Source of the DNA: an uncultured Gammaproteobacteria bacterium
Lineage (GTDB): Bacteria > Pseudomonadota > Gammaproteobacteria > JACCXJ01
Direction: 5' to 3'
NCBI GenBank assembly: GCA_963764725.1
Contig: CAVXTM010000009.1
Coordinates: forward strand, 1 to 64,000
DNA length: 64,000 nucleotides
Part shown: positions 23,968 through 34,576 of the stretch, in pieces
Layout of the letters: every line of letters starts with the position of its first letter
Numbering within the stretch: the stretch's first letter is position 1
Program-made: the position numbers and the translations under genes
Notes under the pieces: model-generated
What the model saw: the letters and a program-made list of their open reading frames with translations, nothing else
The model's database searches: none
What the model was told of the DNA's origin: nothing

Positions 23968-24465
23968 ATGAAGACCAGGATGGGTACACAGTGTAGTGCG
24001 TTAATTTCAGGAATTCTGCTGCTTACGCCTTTAGCGGCGGTCGCGGCAGGTCCGGTCGGCGCGACGTTGCAAACGAAGGGTAACGCCGGCGCGGCCGCCG
24101 CCGGAGAATCCGGCTTCGGTCTCACCGAGTCCGCCTTGATTAGCGTGGTGGTTACCCGGCAAAACAGCCAGCCGGCGACGAATTTCGGTTCCAATGTCGG
24201 CGATGGTAGCGCGGCCATCACGCTGCCGACGGGTTGGAGCCTTACCTCGAACTTCAACCTACCGGCCGGTGGTTGCGCGATGATGCCGACGCAATTCGAC
24301 TACGTGGGGGGCGGTGTCTATACCATTCGGGTCGCTGCCGACGCAGCCTGCCCTTGGGTCGCCGGTGAATATCATTATGCCGTCGGACTCAATAAAGATG
24401 TCAAGATAGGCCCCGATAAGATTAATTTTAGAGGCACCACGCTTGGGAATCTGGAGATCGAGTAA
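23968..24465 (+). CDS. Secreted hypothetical protein (beta-rich, Cys pair)
   Basis: GGAG RBS, signal peptide, downstream hairpin. Confidence 0.65.
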   Translation: MKTRMGTQCSALISGILLLTPLAAVAAGPVGATLQTKGNAGAAAAGESGFGLTESALISVVVTRQNSQPATNFGSNVGDGSAAITLPTGWSLTSNFNLPAGGCAMMPTQFDYVGGGVYTIRVAADAACPWVAGEYHYAVGLNKDVKIGPDKINFRGTTLGNLEIE

Positions 24466-24490
24466 TCGAGCCTTTCGTTCAGCATGAACC

Positions 24491-24520
24491 CGAGCCCGGT
24501 TTAGCGCCGGGCTCGCTTTA
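24491..24520 (+). terminator. Putative rho-independent terminator
   Basis: CGAGCCCGG-loop-CCGGGCTCG followed by CTTT. Confidence 0.5.
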
Positions 24521-24630
24521 ATCAGCAATCGTTTTCAGTTTCTCGACGGGTTTTCAGCGCCGACGACGGGACAGTGCCTGGAAAGCAGGCAAAACGAACA
24601 GTCCTCAACGAAGCTGGGATCTCGCTTACT

Positions 24631-24780
24631 TCAGCCCACCGCGCCGAGCGGGGCCAGACTTGCCAGGTTTACCATCCGGCTCACGTAGCTGCTGTCCACA
24701 CCCTCCTTCCGCGCGAACTCTCTTAGCGACCTCACCTTACCCGATTCCACCATGGCAAGCCACCGGTTGTCTCGGTAATA
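24631..24780 (-). pseudogene. Remnant of a small HTH protein typical of integrative-element recombinase modules
   Basis: RWLAMVESGKVRSLREFARKEGVDSSYVSRMVNLASLAP. Confidence 0.5.
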
Positions 24781-25110
24781 TTCTGAAAGTGGGACTTTCT
24801 CATCGCGATGCCGTGCTCCTAGCGCAGAACACGGCGATTCGCTCTGCAGGGCTATCAAATCAATTGTGCTCGATGGGGTCTCGTCATGAGGTATCCCGAC
24901 AGATTCGGTTAACGGCATACGGCCCATCCGGCAGTCGGTCCGACGGTGTACGGAAAGCCGGTCTTTTTATTGTGTTTTTCCCGCATTTGCAGCTTGGCTA
25001 GGCTGGCTTGCATTCCAAGTAATCAGGGATACTGATTAAGCAGCCAGGTTTATGAGCCGGGCTTTGAACTACGATAACCGGCTGGCAGCGACTGTAACCG
25101 CTTTAACAGG

Positions 25111-25758
25111 CTACCAGTGCTCCCCGCCCAGATCGTAGATGGCGTCCGTCACTATCCCGGTGCCTATCGCTATCATCAGAATATCCGAGGCGACCCGTAC
25201 AAAGCGATAACCCGGAGGAGGATAGCCGATATTCATAACGACAGTTGGAGGCAAGTCATAAAAATCAACATCTCGCGGCAAAGGTCTGCCTATACCCCAT
25301 TTTTTCGCCTGGCCGGGCGGCATGCAGCCGTTATGTTTCTTGGCTAAACCCGGAGGGCAGTGGCCGCTACGGTATTCATCGTGATAATAATCGTGAATGA
25401 CCGTTCGGTGCCGGTCTATGAAAAACCTGCCCCCGCTGTAGGATGACCGGTCTCGATCATGATATTGCTTGTCCCCGTAATTTCTGTTTCCATAATCTAC
25501 TTCCCGATGGTCCCTGTTCCCGTAATCCCCGCGTCGGCGGTCGCTGTCGCTGTCCCGGTAATCCGCTTCCCGGTGGTCCCTGCGCTCGTGATCTTTTCTG
25601 TCTTCGGTCCGGTGATCATGCCGTTCGTGCTGCTCGGGATTATCCCGCTTGCCGCCCCCTGCCCATGACGGTTTATCCGCCATGGCCGGGCTTGCGGCTA
25701 GGACGGCGGCAATGATTAAAGTCAATGGGTATCTTTTTTTAGAATCCGGTCTAGCCAT
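25111..25758 (-). CDS. RcnB-like periplasmic protein
   Basis: Signal peptide, D/H/R-rich linker, CPPGLAKK..CMPPGQAKKW, PPPGYRFVRV. Confidence 0.75.
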   Translation of the reverse strand: MARPDSKKRYPLTLIIAAVLAASPAMADKPSWAGGGKRDNPEQHERHDHRTEDRKDHERRDHREADYRDSDSDRRRGDYGNRDHREVDYGNRNYGDKQYHDRDRSSYSGGRFFIDRHRTVIHDYYHDEYRSGHCPPGLAKKHNGCMPPGQAKKWGIGRPLPRDVDFYDLPPTVVMNIGYPPPGYRFVRVASDILMIAIGTGIVTDAIYDLGGEHW

Positions 25759-26529
25759 GATTTTTATCCTCGCTAATGATGAAACATTGCGCTTACAGTA
25801 CGGTGTAAATAGCGGATCGAAACTGTGCCACTGAAGCAGGGTTGTTCGAAGATCGCGGGATAAAAATGTACCAATGCGAATGCCTTACCCCTGGCATGGG
25901 CACTATTAATGGGGAAAGCGGAAGGGCGTATTCAGGGAAATGAAGCCGTTCAGTTTAGTAGGCGTTCAGCACGTCCACGGTCTCAGCCAGGCCCTGCGGC
26001 TCGACCTGCTGACGTGAGATCGCAAACAGCACCGGGCTCGGTCACACACCGAGGCGCAGATCGACCCTTAGGCATTGGGAGCCTCCGAGGTTTTTGCAGC
26101 CTGGGCAACGCCGCCCTCCGCCTAGCTCTCTGGACACGCGCCATCATCTAGACCGGGCGGTGCGCCTCCTAAAATCCAACGCGCGCCGTGCAGCCGGATG
26201 TACGGATTTTTCAAGTTTGTGTGTAGCTCAAAGAGTTTCATACGGGTGTACGAACCAATATTTGCCGATGCGCAGGAGGAGATCTTCGCTGATCTCGCTG
26301 CCCACCGGTACTTACGAGCACGGTGGATCCCAATTCGCACCATGCTTGTCCTGATGGTTACAACCGTTTTCTTTTTCGTGGATAAAGCCAGGCTTTGGCG
26401 GGTCGGAATATAGGCAGGTGACTTACGTTCCCAAAATCAAACGTAAGTTATTGATTGTTCGACAGGGCGACAACGTATTTTCCCAAAATGAACGGTGTTA
26501 AGCTATTGATATTTATAGAAAGTGCATGG

Positions 26530-26576
26530 GACTCTTAATCAGTAGGTCGTAGGTTCGAGCCCTACACGGCCCACCA
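26530..26576 (+). repeat. att site: 3' half of tRNA-Lys(CTT), copy 1
   Basis: GACTCTTAATCAG..GGTTCGAGCCC..CCCACCA (anticodon CTT, T-loop, CCA); no 5' half; identical to 38774-38820. Confidence 0.9.
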
Positions 26577-26687
26577 AATTCAACAGCTTACATCACTTCT
26601 GCTGGGGTCGCTGTCTTGCTGACAGGTAGAGATCCGTGGTCGTCAAGCACAGCCGTATCGCGGGGAGGCAATGCTAACGAGCAACAC

Positions 26688-28073
26688 ATGACTCAGAACG
26701 GAACCAGCGTGAAACGCGAAACTGTGTTTATCAGCAAGGCGACACCCGGCGACGACGAGTTTGTTCTCTGGATCGCTCCCCGCCTTGAAGCTGCGGGTTA
26801 CACAGTGTTCGCGGACATACTGAGTCTGGAGCCCGGTGACCGGTGGCGAAAGCAGGTCACCGGCACGCTGCAAGACAAGGCAATAAAAATGCTCCTGTGC
26901 TGCCGCGACGCCACGCTAACGAAGGACGGTGTTCAGGAAGAAATCGCCATCGCAGAGGATCTTGGGAAGGAACTAAAAGATCCGCGCTTCATCATTCCCC
27001 TCCGGATTGAAAAGTTCAAAAAGATATTTGGCATTGGCGGATTGCAGTATGTGGATTTCGTTGGCAGTTGGGCCAATGGCCTTCGTGACTTGCTGGACAC
27101 ACTGGAAAGACAGCACGTTCCCTGCGATACAGGCAAAATCGTCATCAATCCGAACTGGGAAGCGTACCGACAGCGGCTTGCAATCAAGATTGAGGACTTT
27201 CCTGAAGTTCTGACTTCCAACTGGTTGCGCATCATCAGTGTTCCGGACTTCATTCGCTATTACCAGCCGACAGGTGCGCTGGACCACGCCGCGATGAAAA
27301 GGGCTTGCAATGCATGCGATTATCCTGCGGAGGTTTGTCTGCGCGGCTTCTTTTCCTTTGCCAGCGCCGACGAAATTGAGCGCGATTTCGAGAGTGTCGG
27401 CAAGTTCTCCCAACATTCAGAACACAAGCTGATGGCGTTCCTAGAAGACGGCAGCGAGTCACCAGATGTTCGCCCCCGCGAAGCGAAAAACGTCGTTTCC
27501 TCGATGTTTCGGAAGAACTGGGAGAGCTTCTGCAGAAAGAAGGGGCTTTATGAATACGCGTTCTCTAAGCAATTAGGCTTTCACGTAACCGGAAACCAGG
27601 TTGCTTTGGGGAAGATGATACCTTGGGGGAGGCAAGGGCAAAGGCGTTCCTCGATGCTGCGCAACGTCGCCAGCGGCAAGGTATGGCAGTACGGCGTATC
27701 CATATCTCCACAGTTTTGGCCGTATGCTCATTTCAAAGTCAAATCGCGGGTACTGTTTACCGCACTCGCAGGAAACCAAGCCGGTGCAGTTTTTGATGAC
27801 ATCGATCAGCAGCACCGTTTCAGACGAAGTGTTTGCAAGGGATGGCGCAATAAGGCGTGGCATGGACGCCTCATGGCATTTCTTGAACTACTGTCAGGCG
27901 AATCTACGCACATCGAGCTGCCTCTGTCTGCCTCGTGCTCACTCAAGCTGGATGCGACTCCCGTGCTCGTTACAGCGCCGGTTACGACTGTCCGCCCCGA
28001 TGTGATGCCGGATGATGGCGAAGAGCAGGATCTTTCGACGCTTGGCAACCTTGATGTCGAGGAAGATGAATGA
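26688..28073 (+). CDS. TIR-APAZ protein (SPARTA NADase effector)
   Basis: VFISKATPGDDEF..W...L...GY.V..DI..L..G, DGVQEEIAIA (catalytic Glu region), FIIPL; later SNW and KGWRNKAW motifs; overlaps the short pAgo start. Confidence 0.88.
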   Translation: MTQNGTSVKRETVFISKATPGDDEFVLWIAPRLEAAGYTVFADILSLEPGDRWRKQVTGTLQDKAIKMLLCCRDATLTKDGVQEEIAIAEDLGKELKDPRFIIPLRIEKFKKIFGIGGLQYVDFVGSWANGLRDLLDTLERQHVPCDTGKIVINPNWEAYRQRLAIKIEDFPEVLTSNWLRIISVPDFIRYYQPTGALDHAAMKRACNACDYPAEVCLRGFFSFASADEIERDFESVGKFSQHSEHKLMAFLEDGSESPDVRPREAKNVVSSMFRKNWESFCRKKGLYEYAFSKQLGFHVTGNQVALGKMIPWGRQGQRRSSMLRNVASGKVWQYGVSISPQFWPYAHFKVKSRVLFTALAGNQAGAVFDDIDQQHRFRRSVCKGWRNKAWHGRLMAFLELLSGESTHIELPLSASCSLKLDATPVLVTAPVTTVRPDVMPDDGEEQDLSTLGNLDVEEDE

Positions 28074-29625
28074 TGGAGTTACCGGGAAAGTCCTTGAATG
28101 TCGTTTATTTCAAAGAGCCTGACCTGTCCTTTGGGCATGGTCAAATTTCGGACCATCCGAAAGATGGCCTGTTTCTCTATGGCCCGCACTGCGCACCAAA
28201 GCGTTCCAAGGAGATTTCCGTTGGCGTATTGGGGACCAAACTGGGACTCTCATATTTCAGGAATTGGGCAATCCGGATAGGTGGATTCGTCAAGGTTCCG
28301 CCCCCCGGCAAGATGGATAAGGAGCACCGGCTGCACTTGTCGAACTTTCCGGGACTCGAAGAGGCGTTCGGCATCTCCATAAGTCCGGGTGAGTTTGTCG
28401 AGCGAGAAATCGATCTCAAGACGATCGATGAGGCCACCAGGACTCTGAATCAGCACGAAGCGGTAAGAAGGCTGTCGATCTCTATCTCCATGAGATTGAA
28501 CATCACGACCGCAATGAAGAACGCACGGTCGATGTGTGGATCTTCATTTTGCCGGAGCTAGTATTTGAGCGGTGTAAGCCGCTCTCGCGACGTTCCGGCC
28601 TTCCTCTCGTCAAAGGCGAGTTTATAAAGAAACAGAAAACCAGAACCGACTTGCCTTTGTTTGAAAACATTATTGATCAGAGTGATGAAGACATTTTTGA
28701 TGACATACCGGACTTCCACCGACAGGTGAAGGCGCGTTTATTAAAGCTCGGACATACGTCTCAGCTCATACGCGAAACGACGCTCGCCCCGAGCGAGTTC
28801 GTAAACCGAGCGGGCTTTCCGGTGCGACCTGTTCAGGAGCCTGCGACCGTGGCCTGGAATATCGCGACAGGCCTCTACTACAAGACGCAACCGGAACCGC
28901 CTTGGAAATTGGCTCACGTCCGCCCGGGAGTCTGTTATGTGGGTCTTGTGTTCAAGTTGATTCCCAACGATCCAAAGGAGCACGCATGCTGCGCAGCGCA
29001 GATGTTTTTGAACGAGGGCGATGGAGTCGTCTTCAGGGGCGCAAACGGCCCGTGGAAAACGTCAGACTATGAGTTTCATCTCCGACCGGCGGAAGCTAAG
29101 AACCTTATATCAAGAGTCCTTGAAACGTTTAAGGATAAGCATGGCGGACCGCCTAAAGAGTTCTTCATCCACGGGAGAACCACGTTTAATGATGAGGAGT
29201 GGATCGCGTTTACCGAGGCGGCCCCTCCGGAAACAGCTCTGGTTGGCGTGCGAATCAAAGATACTCACGGCGAAACCAAGTTATTCCGAGACGGCGACTA
29301 TCCAGTTATGCGTGGCATCGCAATATTGCTCGATGCCCAAAATGCCTACTTGTGGACGAACGGTTTTATACCGCGCTTGGATACCTATATCGGGCCGGAA
29401 ACGCCCAATCCATTGTTTGTGACAGTTCTACGGAGCACAGGCACGCTGCCGGACATCAAGACCGTACTCACGGACATCATGGGCCTGACAAAAATCAACT
29501 ACAATGCGTGCAACTATAGCGATGGCCTTCCCGTCACTGTGCGTTTTGCTAACAAAGTGGGAGACGTGCTCACGATGGGCTCATCCAAGGACGCGGAGCG
29601 ACAGCCGCTCAAGTTCTACATATAG
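28070..29625 (+). CDS. Short prokaryotic Argonaute (MID-PIWI), one frameshift at ~28468
   Basis: [77 protein letters not shown]; adding one A at 28468-28469 fuses ORFs 28070..28561 and 28534..29625. Confidence 0.88.
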
Positions 29626-30244
29626 GACGTAGCGCTGAATGGATTCTCTGGACCTGCGTCCGCAACGGGCTGCTTGCGTCAATGCCTACGTTTCTTACGG
29701 CGTTCTCTTTCAGGCAGCAGAACTTCGTCGGCTCCACTGCGCAGACAGCCTCTTCAACCGCGTGGCGTAAGGCCCTTGAGGCCGACAGGTAGAAGCACTG
29801 GCGTCCCGACCGTGCGTTTCTCTCGCGGCACACGCGCGAGCGGCTTGTCGCAATCGCCAAGGAGAGCGATTTCGCCGAAGGGCGCAGTTGCATCGCCACC
29901 TACAAGGGATGGGGGCTGAGACACGAGGAAGAGAGTTCCCATGGAACATGGGGTTAATTGACTGGTCGGAAAATAAATGCGGAGCACACACGTCAATATT
30001 GATTTGGTTGTCCCACCTGTCCCACACGTCCCACCTAACGAAAGAGAGAACTCTATTTTTCGTTGGCTTTTTTTGTAACAGTAGCGTCGTAGTGCCCGGC
30101 AATAGGGCGAACTAAAGCGATTAAGCGTCTTTATACCCCAGCAGTGCAGTGGTAACAGCGCACGTTTCCCAAGCCTGGCAGTAGCACGGATGCCGGCTCA
30201 AGACTTACGTTGTACGGTATACGTATAACGAGTAAAATAGCCAG

Positions 30245-30523
30245 GTGATCCGATCATTCCGTTGCAAAGACACGCAAGCACTCTATGAAGGTCACTACGT
30301 ACCGCGCTTCAATGCCATTAAAGAGCAGGCGGAACGCCGCCTGGACCGGATTGACAACGCGGTAGAGCTAGGAGACTTGGCCGCATTGCGTGGCAACCGT
30401 CTGGAAGCGTTAAAGGGCGTCCGGAAAGGGCAGTGCAGCATACGCATTAACGACCAGTGGCGCATCTGTTTCGTGTGGCGGGATGATGGGCCGTACGATG
30501 TTGAGATTGTGGACTACCACTGA
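30245..30523 (+). CDS. higB: HigB-like toxin (RelE/ParE family)
   Basis: MIRSF.., GNRLEALKG.RKGQ.SIRINDQWRICF.W..VEIVDYH. Confidence 0.92.
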   Translation: MIRSFRCKDTQALYEGHYVPRFNAIKEQAERRLDRIDNAVELGDLAALRGNRLEALKGVRKGQCSIRINDQWRICFVWRDDGPYDVEIVDYH

Positions 30524-30534
30524 GGGAAGCGGAG

Positions 30535-30828
30535 ATGACCAATAACATGCGACCGATCCACCCCGGCGAGCAGCTCCGGGATGAACTGGACGAGCTTGGT
30601 ATAAGCGGTAACGCGCTCGCGCTGGATCTGCGGGTGCCAGCGAACCGTATCAATGACATTCTCGCCGGCAAACGCGGGATTACCGCGGACACCGCGCTGC
30701 GCCTGGCCAGATACTTCGGTAGCACGGCAGAGTTCTGGATGAATCTGCAAACGGCCTATGAACTAAGACAGACGCGCCGTGAGCACGGCAAACACATAGA
30801 CAAGGACGTCAAGCCGCGCGCCGCTTGA
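30535..30828 (+). CDS. higA: HigA antitoxin (XRE HTH)
   Basis: IHPGE.L, GKRGITADTALRLARYFG..AEFWMNLQ..Y. Confidence 0.93.
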   Translation: MTNNMRPIHPGEQLRDELDELGISGNALALDLRVPANRINDILAGKRGITADTALRLARYFGSTAEFWMNLQTAYELRQTRREHGKHIDKDVKPRAA

Positions 30829-30907
30829 AAGCACGAGCTTGCCCCCGCAGGGTTCTGTCAATTTGCCGATCACTGCTTCTTTTTCTTCGTGATTATCAGG
30901 TGGAGAG

Positions 30908-31585
30908 GAGAAATAGTCAAATGTTGTGTACGGGGCTAGGTTAGGCGGCGATTCTTTCGGGGTCTTCCCATAGGCCGTCTTTGAAAATAACTCCCTCGAT
31001 GACTTGAGCGAGGCGGGAATTCCATACAGTTTCCGCCAATGTCGCTCGGCACTTTTTACCAACATGAATACCATCGCCAAAATGCTTTCTCGAGACACGC
31101 AGCCGCGGGTTTTGTGGGTGCGCAGCCGGACCGTAGCAAAGGTGGATTCGATCGGATTCGTGGTCCGAAGATGGATCCAGTGCTCTGCCGGAAAATCGTA
31201 GAAGGCCAACAGTGACCCCCGATCTTTTTCCAAACACTCCGCAGCTTTCGGATACTTGGGACGGTAGAGGGTCAGAAACTGATCGAAGGCGCGCTCGGCC
31301 TCCTGCCGGGTGGCTGCCATCCAGATCTCCTGCAGCGCCGCCTTGGCCTTAGGTTGCTGGCTCTTGGGTAGCTTGTTGAGCACGTTGGCAGTCTTGTGTA
31401 CCCAACAGCGTTGACCACGGGTCATGCCGAAGACTTGCGGTAATGCCTTCCAGAATCCCAAGGCCCCATCGCCGGTGGCCAGATGTGTTCCTCCGCGTCT
31501 TTGCGCCTACATAGTGGAATATCGGGAGAGAGACACGGTTACGTAACACGCGTGCGTGCCTTCCGCCGTTTCCTGTCCCATGAAA
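30908..31585 (-). mobile_element. IS256-family remnant (3' half; same element type as 3611-4476)
   Basis: QRCWVHK, HLRTTNPIES; ~31428-31485 identical to 3611-3668; end GAGAAATAGTCAAATGTTGTGTA. Confidence 0.82.
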
Positions 31586-32729
31586 GGCCCATCCAGCGTG
31601 TGGATGTCTGTGATTGATCGTTAGATCCTTGGTCATTGCGCTTTAGAAGTGCCGCCAGTGCTGAGGCGCACGAATGAGCGCCGCAATTGCCGCACACTCG
31701 AGCCCGAACAGAAGGTATCCCGCATAGCCCAGCAATGGCATCTCGAACACCGGTAGGATGTGGACATAGGGAATGGAATAAACCCACTTAGCAACGCTGT
31801 AGTAGTTCCACAGCTCCCACAATATGCCGCAGACTAGCGCCGCGAGCGCCGGTAGGCTGACTACCTCCCAGGCACCCAGCGCTAAGCGGTCGAATGGGGT
31901 AGCGGTCCCGAGCAGTGCCTGCAGCGAAACCAGGATCGACAGGGGGACTATCCAGACAAGCGGGTATAGGTAGTCCGGCCGGACCGCGATTCCAAGCAGG
32001 GCCACTGAGGCAAGGATCAACACCACTGCTGCCCCGAATTTTGGTCTTGTGAGGGACAGGGGTTTACGAAAACGCGTTGTGGCCAATGTGCGGTACGACC
32101 GCAATAGCTCTAGCGTGCTGGCGAAGGCGGGCAGCACGGTCGAGAAAGCCAGCGTCGCGTGGCCAATATAGGCGAGCGGCGTAGTCGCCGCATGATTAAC
32201 GTAGTGCCAATTCTGCACAAAGCGGTTGAGGTACTCGAAATACCACCAAAACACAGCGCTTAAAGGAAACAGCATGATCAGATACCGCGGCTCGTGCGTA
32301 AGCAGACACTTGCCGGTGCGCCGCAAGCTAAGCGCATTCGCGACGATGATGTAGGAGACCCAAAGCGGAGCGAACGTATGGGGTTGCAGAGGCTCGAACC
32401 ATTCGAACCTGTTCCACGCAAAAACCCAGCAGACAATGAGCAATATGCTTGCAGCCCAGCCCCACCAGGGGAAAGGATAGCGCGGCTCGCGCGGTGCATG
32501 CGGGCGTGAAAAAGGCAGATATAAGCGCACCCAGGTAAGCGCAAGGCAGAGGGCCAATGCGCTGACGAGTGCAAACGCCGGCCAAGAGAACGCCGCAGGC
32601 TCCACAAGCCGCGTTTGCGGTGGGAACTCCAAAAAAACGGAGACTGGCTGGCCAGCAACCGCTGCGCCCACTAGCGGCAATCCGATTAGTCCCTTATCCA
32701 TGAAATCTTGTGCAAAAAAGCAAAGAGTG

Positions 32730-34293
32730 TCATGCATGAGCGGTATTGAGAGCAGGCATGACCACATACTCTCGGATAGCGAGTGCGCTGCTGAGCACAC
32801 GACGACCGAATGTCGTGAGGTAGTACTTGTAGCGATGTCCAATCTTTTTGATGAGGCCATGGGTGCGCAAGCGTTTCAACCAGTAGGAGGCACGGCCGGT
32901 GGAGAGATCCCGGAGATGGGCTCGGAGATCGGAGGCGCGAAAGCCGCTGATGTTCCACTCCCCGCGGGCGAGGGTGATAAAAAGGCTATGATCTTCACCG
33001 AGGAAGAGATTGAAGCCCCGATAGGAGCGGTCTTTCTCTCGTACAGGTTTGGCCATTTTGTCGATGGCGTGCAGAGCTGCATTGGGGTTATCGATGCTGG
33101 CCATGAAGCTGAGATAGCGTTCATTGGCAGCATGCATCAGCTCTCGCAGATCGGGGAGGCTATAGATGTTTTTTCGCAGGGGTGCGAGTTTGAATTGCTT
33201 GCGCCCATTGCGTTGTTCCACCCAACGGTGGTGTTTGAAGAAGGAGACATCGTTGGCGGTGCATTCCACCCGAGCCATGAGACTGAATTTATCGTAGAGC
33301 TTGAGGCTTGCTGGTCCCATATGATGGCGGATGCGTGTACCCTGAATGCGGGTGTGAAAATCGTTACCGGCCTCCCCGCTGAAGGCCGAGGTGAGTTTGC
33401 GTCCCAAGAAGGTGGCGACGTGTTCTGCCTTGAGGGCATGCACGGCGGTACGCACGATGGCTTGATAGAGGGGTTGGAAATCGGCTTGGCGGTGGAAGAT
33501 GACATCGGTCGAGAAAGCCAGGGCCAGGGAGTGGCCCTGCTTGGCGCGCCGAGGATGCAACTCCACCTGCATGAAGCTCCAGTGATAACCAGCGCGAAAC
33601 TGACCCAAGATAGGACAGAAGCTTTTCGCCCATCGGTCCAAACGCCGATGCAAGCCTTTGGGATCGAGGCTATCGGCAAGCGCCTGAGCCTGTTGGGGAT
33701 CGCCGATGGACAAGAAGGCATTATCGGCGCGCTCAAAGGCGATCCCTGTCTTGGTCAGTCGTTGGGCTAACCAGTGATGGCCGTTCAAATAGACCTGCAG
33801 GCGAAACGGTGCCCAGGTGGGTACTCGGACATAACAGAGCCCGAAGATCTCATCGATGAAATAGAAGTAATAATGCAAACACTTGCCCGGGGTAGACTTC
33901 AAACGGGTCGTATGCTGAAGCTTGTCATGCCAGGGGCGATACGAAGGACAGGCCTCCATCGCCGAGAAGATATGCACCAGCCCCGGGTGCTCACCGCGCA
34001 AAGCCAAAATCGCTTTGATCCGTTCTTCTTTACGAAACGCCTTGTAATGACGGATGAATTCAATTTCCAACGAAGCCTCAGCGGCCAGCCGCTCGGCATG
34101 GGGTCCGAAGCGCCTCGCGCAGCGGTTCTGCCCAGCGGGGATAGTCAAACAGACGCATACCCCGGACACCCAAATACCGGGCCATAGCCTCGGCATGGGC
34201 GATCTCCGGAAGCGTGCCAGTGATCACGATGCGGTCAAAGCAACAAAGCACCGCGGCGATCTTCGCTTGATGGCGTTCAACAAAGGAGTTCAT
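32730..34293 (-). CDS. Putative Rep_trans-like transposase with C-terminal winged helix (frameshift in GGGG 34100-34103; in-frame 45-nt insert)
   Basis: N-terminus in ORF 34078..34293; QVE..FSTD, LKLYDK, ARVECT motifs; LKRLRTHGLIKKIG..YKYYLT wHTH. Confidence 0.7.
33517..33559 (-). repeat. 43-bp palindromic mini-element, copy 2
   Basis: Reverse complement TGCATCCTCGGCGCGCCAAGCAGGGCCACTCCCTGGCCCTGGC; 1 mismatch to 7520-7562. Confidence 0.9.
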
Positions 34294-34576
34294 GGCGACG
34301 ACCCATCTCAGTTCTTATTGCCCATCCGCCAGAATAGTACATTCAACACCTTGGTTCCGGCTATGCCGGGTTAGGATAACCGTTGTGGCAACCAGGACAA
34401 TGGTGTTTCTGTTAATCGCATGCATGAGCGTAATCCGCGGCGGGAGTCGCGGCGATCGGGGTGGTGCAACGATAGGCAAGCTGAGATGGGAAGGATCCTG
34501 GCGATCACCGCGGTGACGCAGCACCTCAAGAGCCGAGGGCTTTCATGGTGACCTCAAACGCTGGGTAGGATTGCTG

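Larger units (their letters stand above)
32690..34370 (-). mobile_element. Unclassified single-gene mobile element flanked by CTAA, without TIRs
   Basis: TTAG at 32686-32689 and 34371-34374; precise gene interruption; subterminal hairpin CCGGC-ATA-GCCGG. Confidence 0.85.
31643..34425 (-). pseudogene. Multi-pass membrane protein (~365 aa when rejoined), interrupted at codon 19 by the 32690-34370 element
   Basis: MHAINRNTIVLVATTVIL + IGLPLVGAAVAG.. join in-frame across CTAA; WWYFEYLN..NWHY and WELWNYYS..KW.Y..FEMPLLGY motifs. Confidence 0.8.

Noticed and set aside
26500-26576. Intact tRNA-Lys gene (also at 38745-38820)
   Set aside because: No 5' acceptor strand or D-arm upstream of either copy; only att-type 3' halves are present.
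31643-32860. 405-aa ORF as a complete gene
   Set aside because: Its first ~57 codons come from the inserted element; the native start is at 34425.
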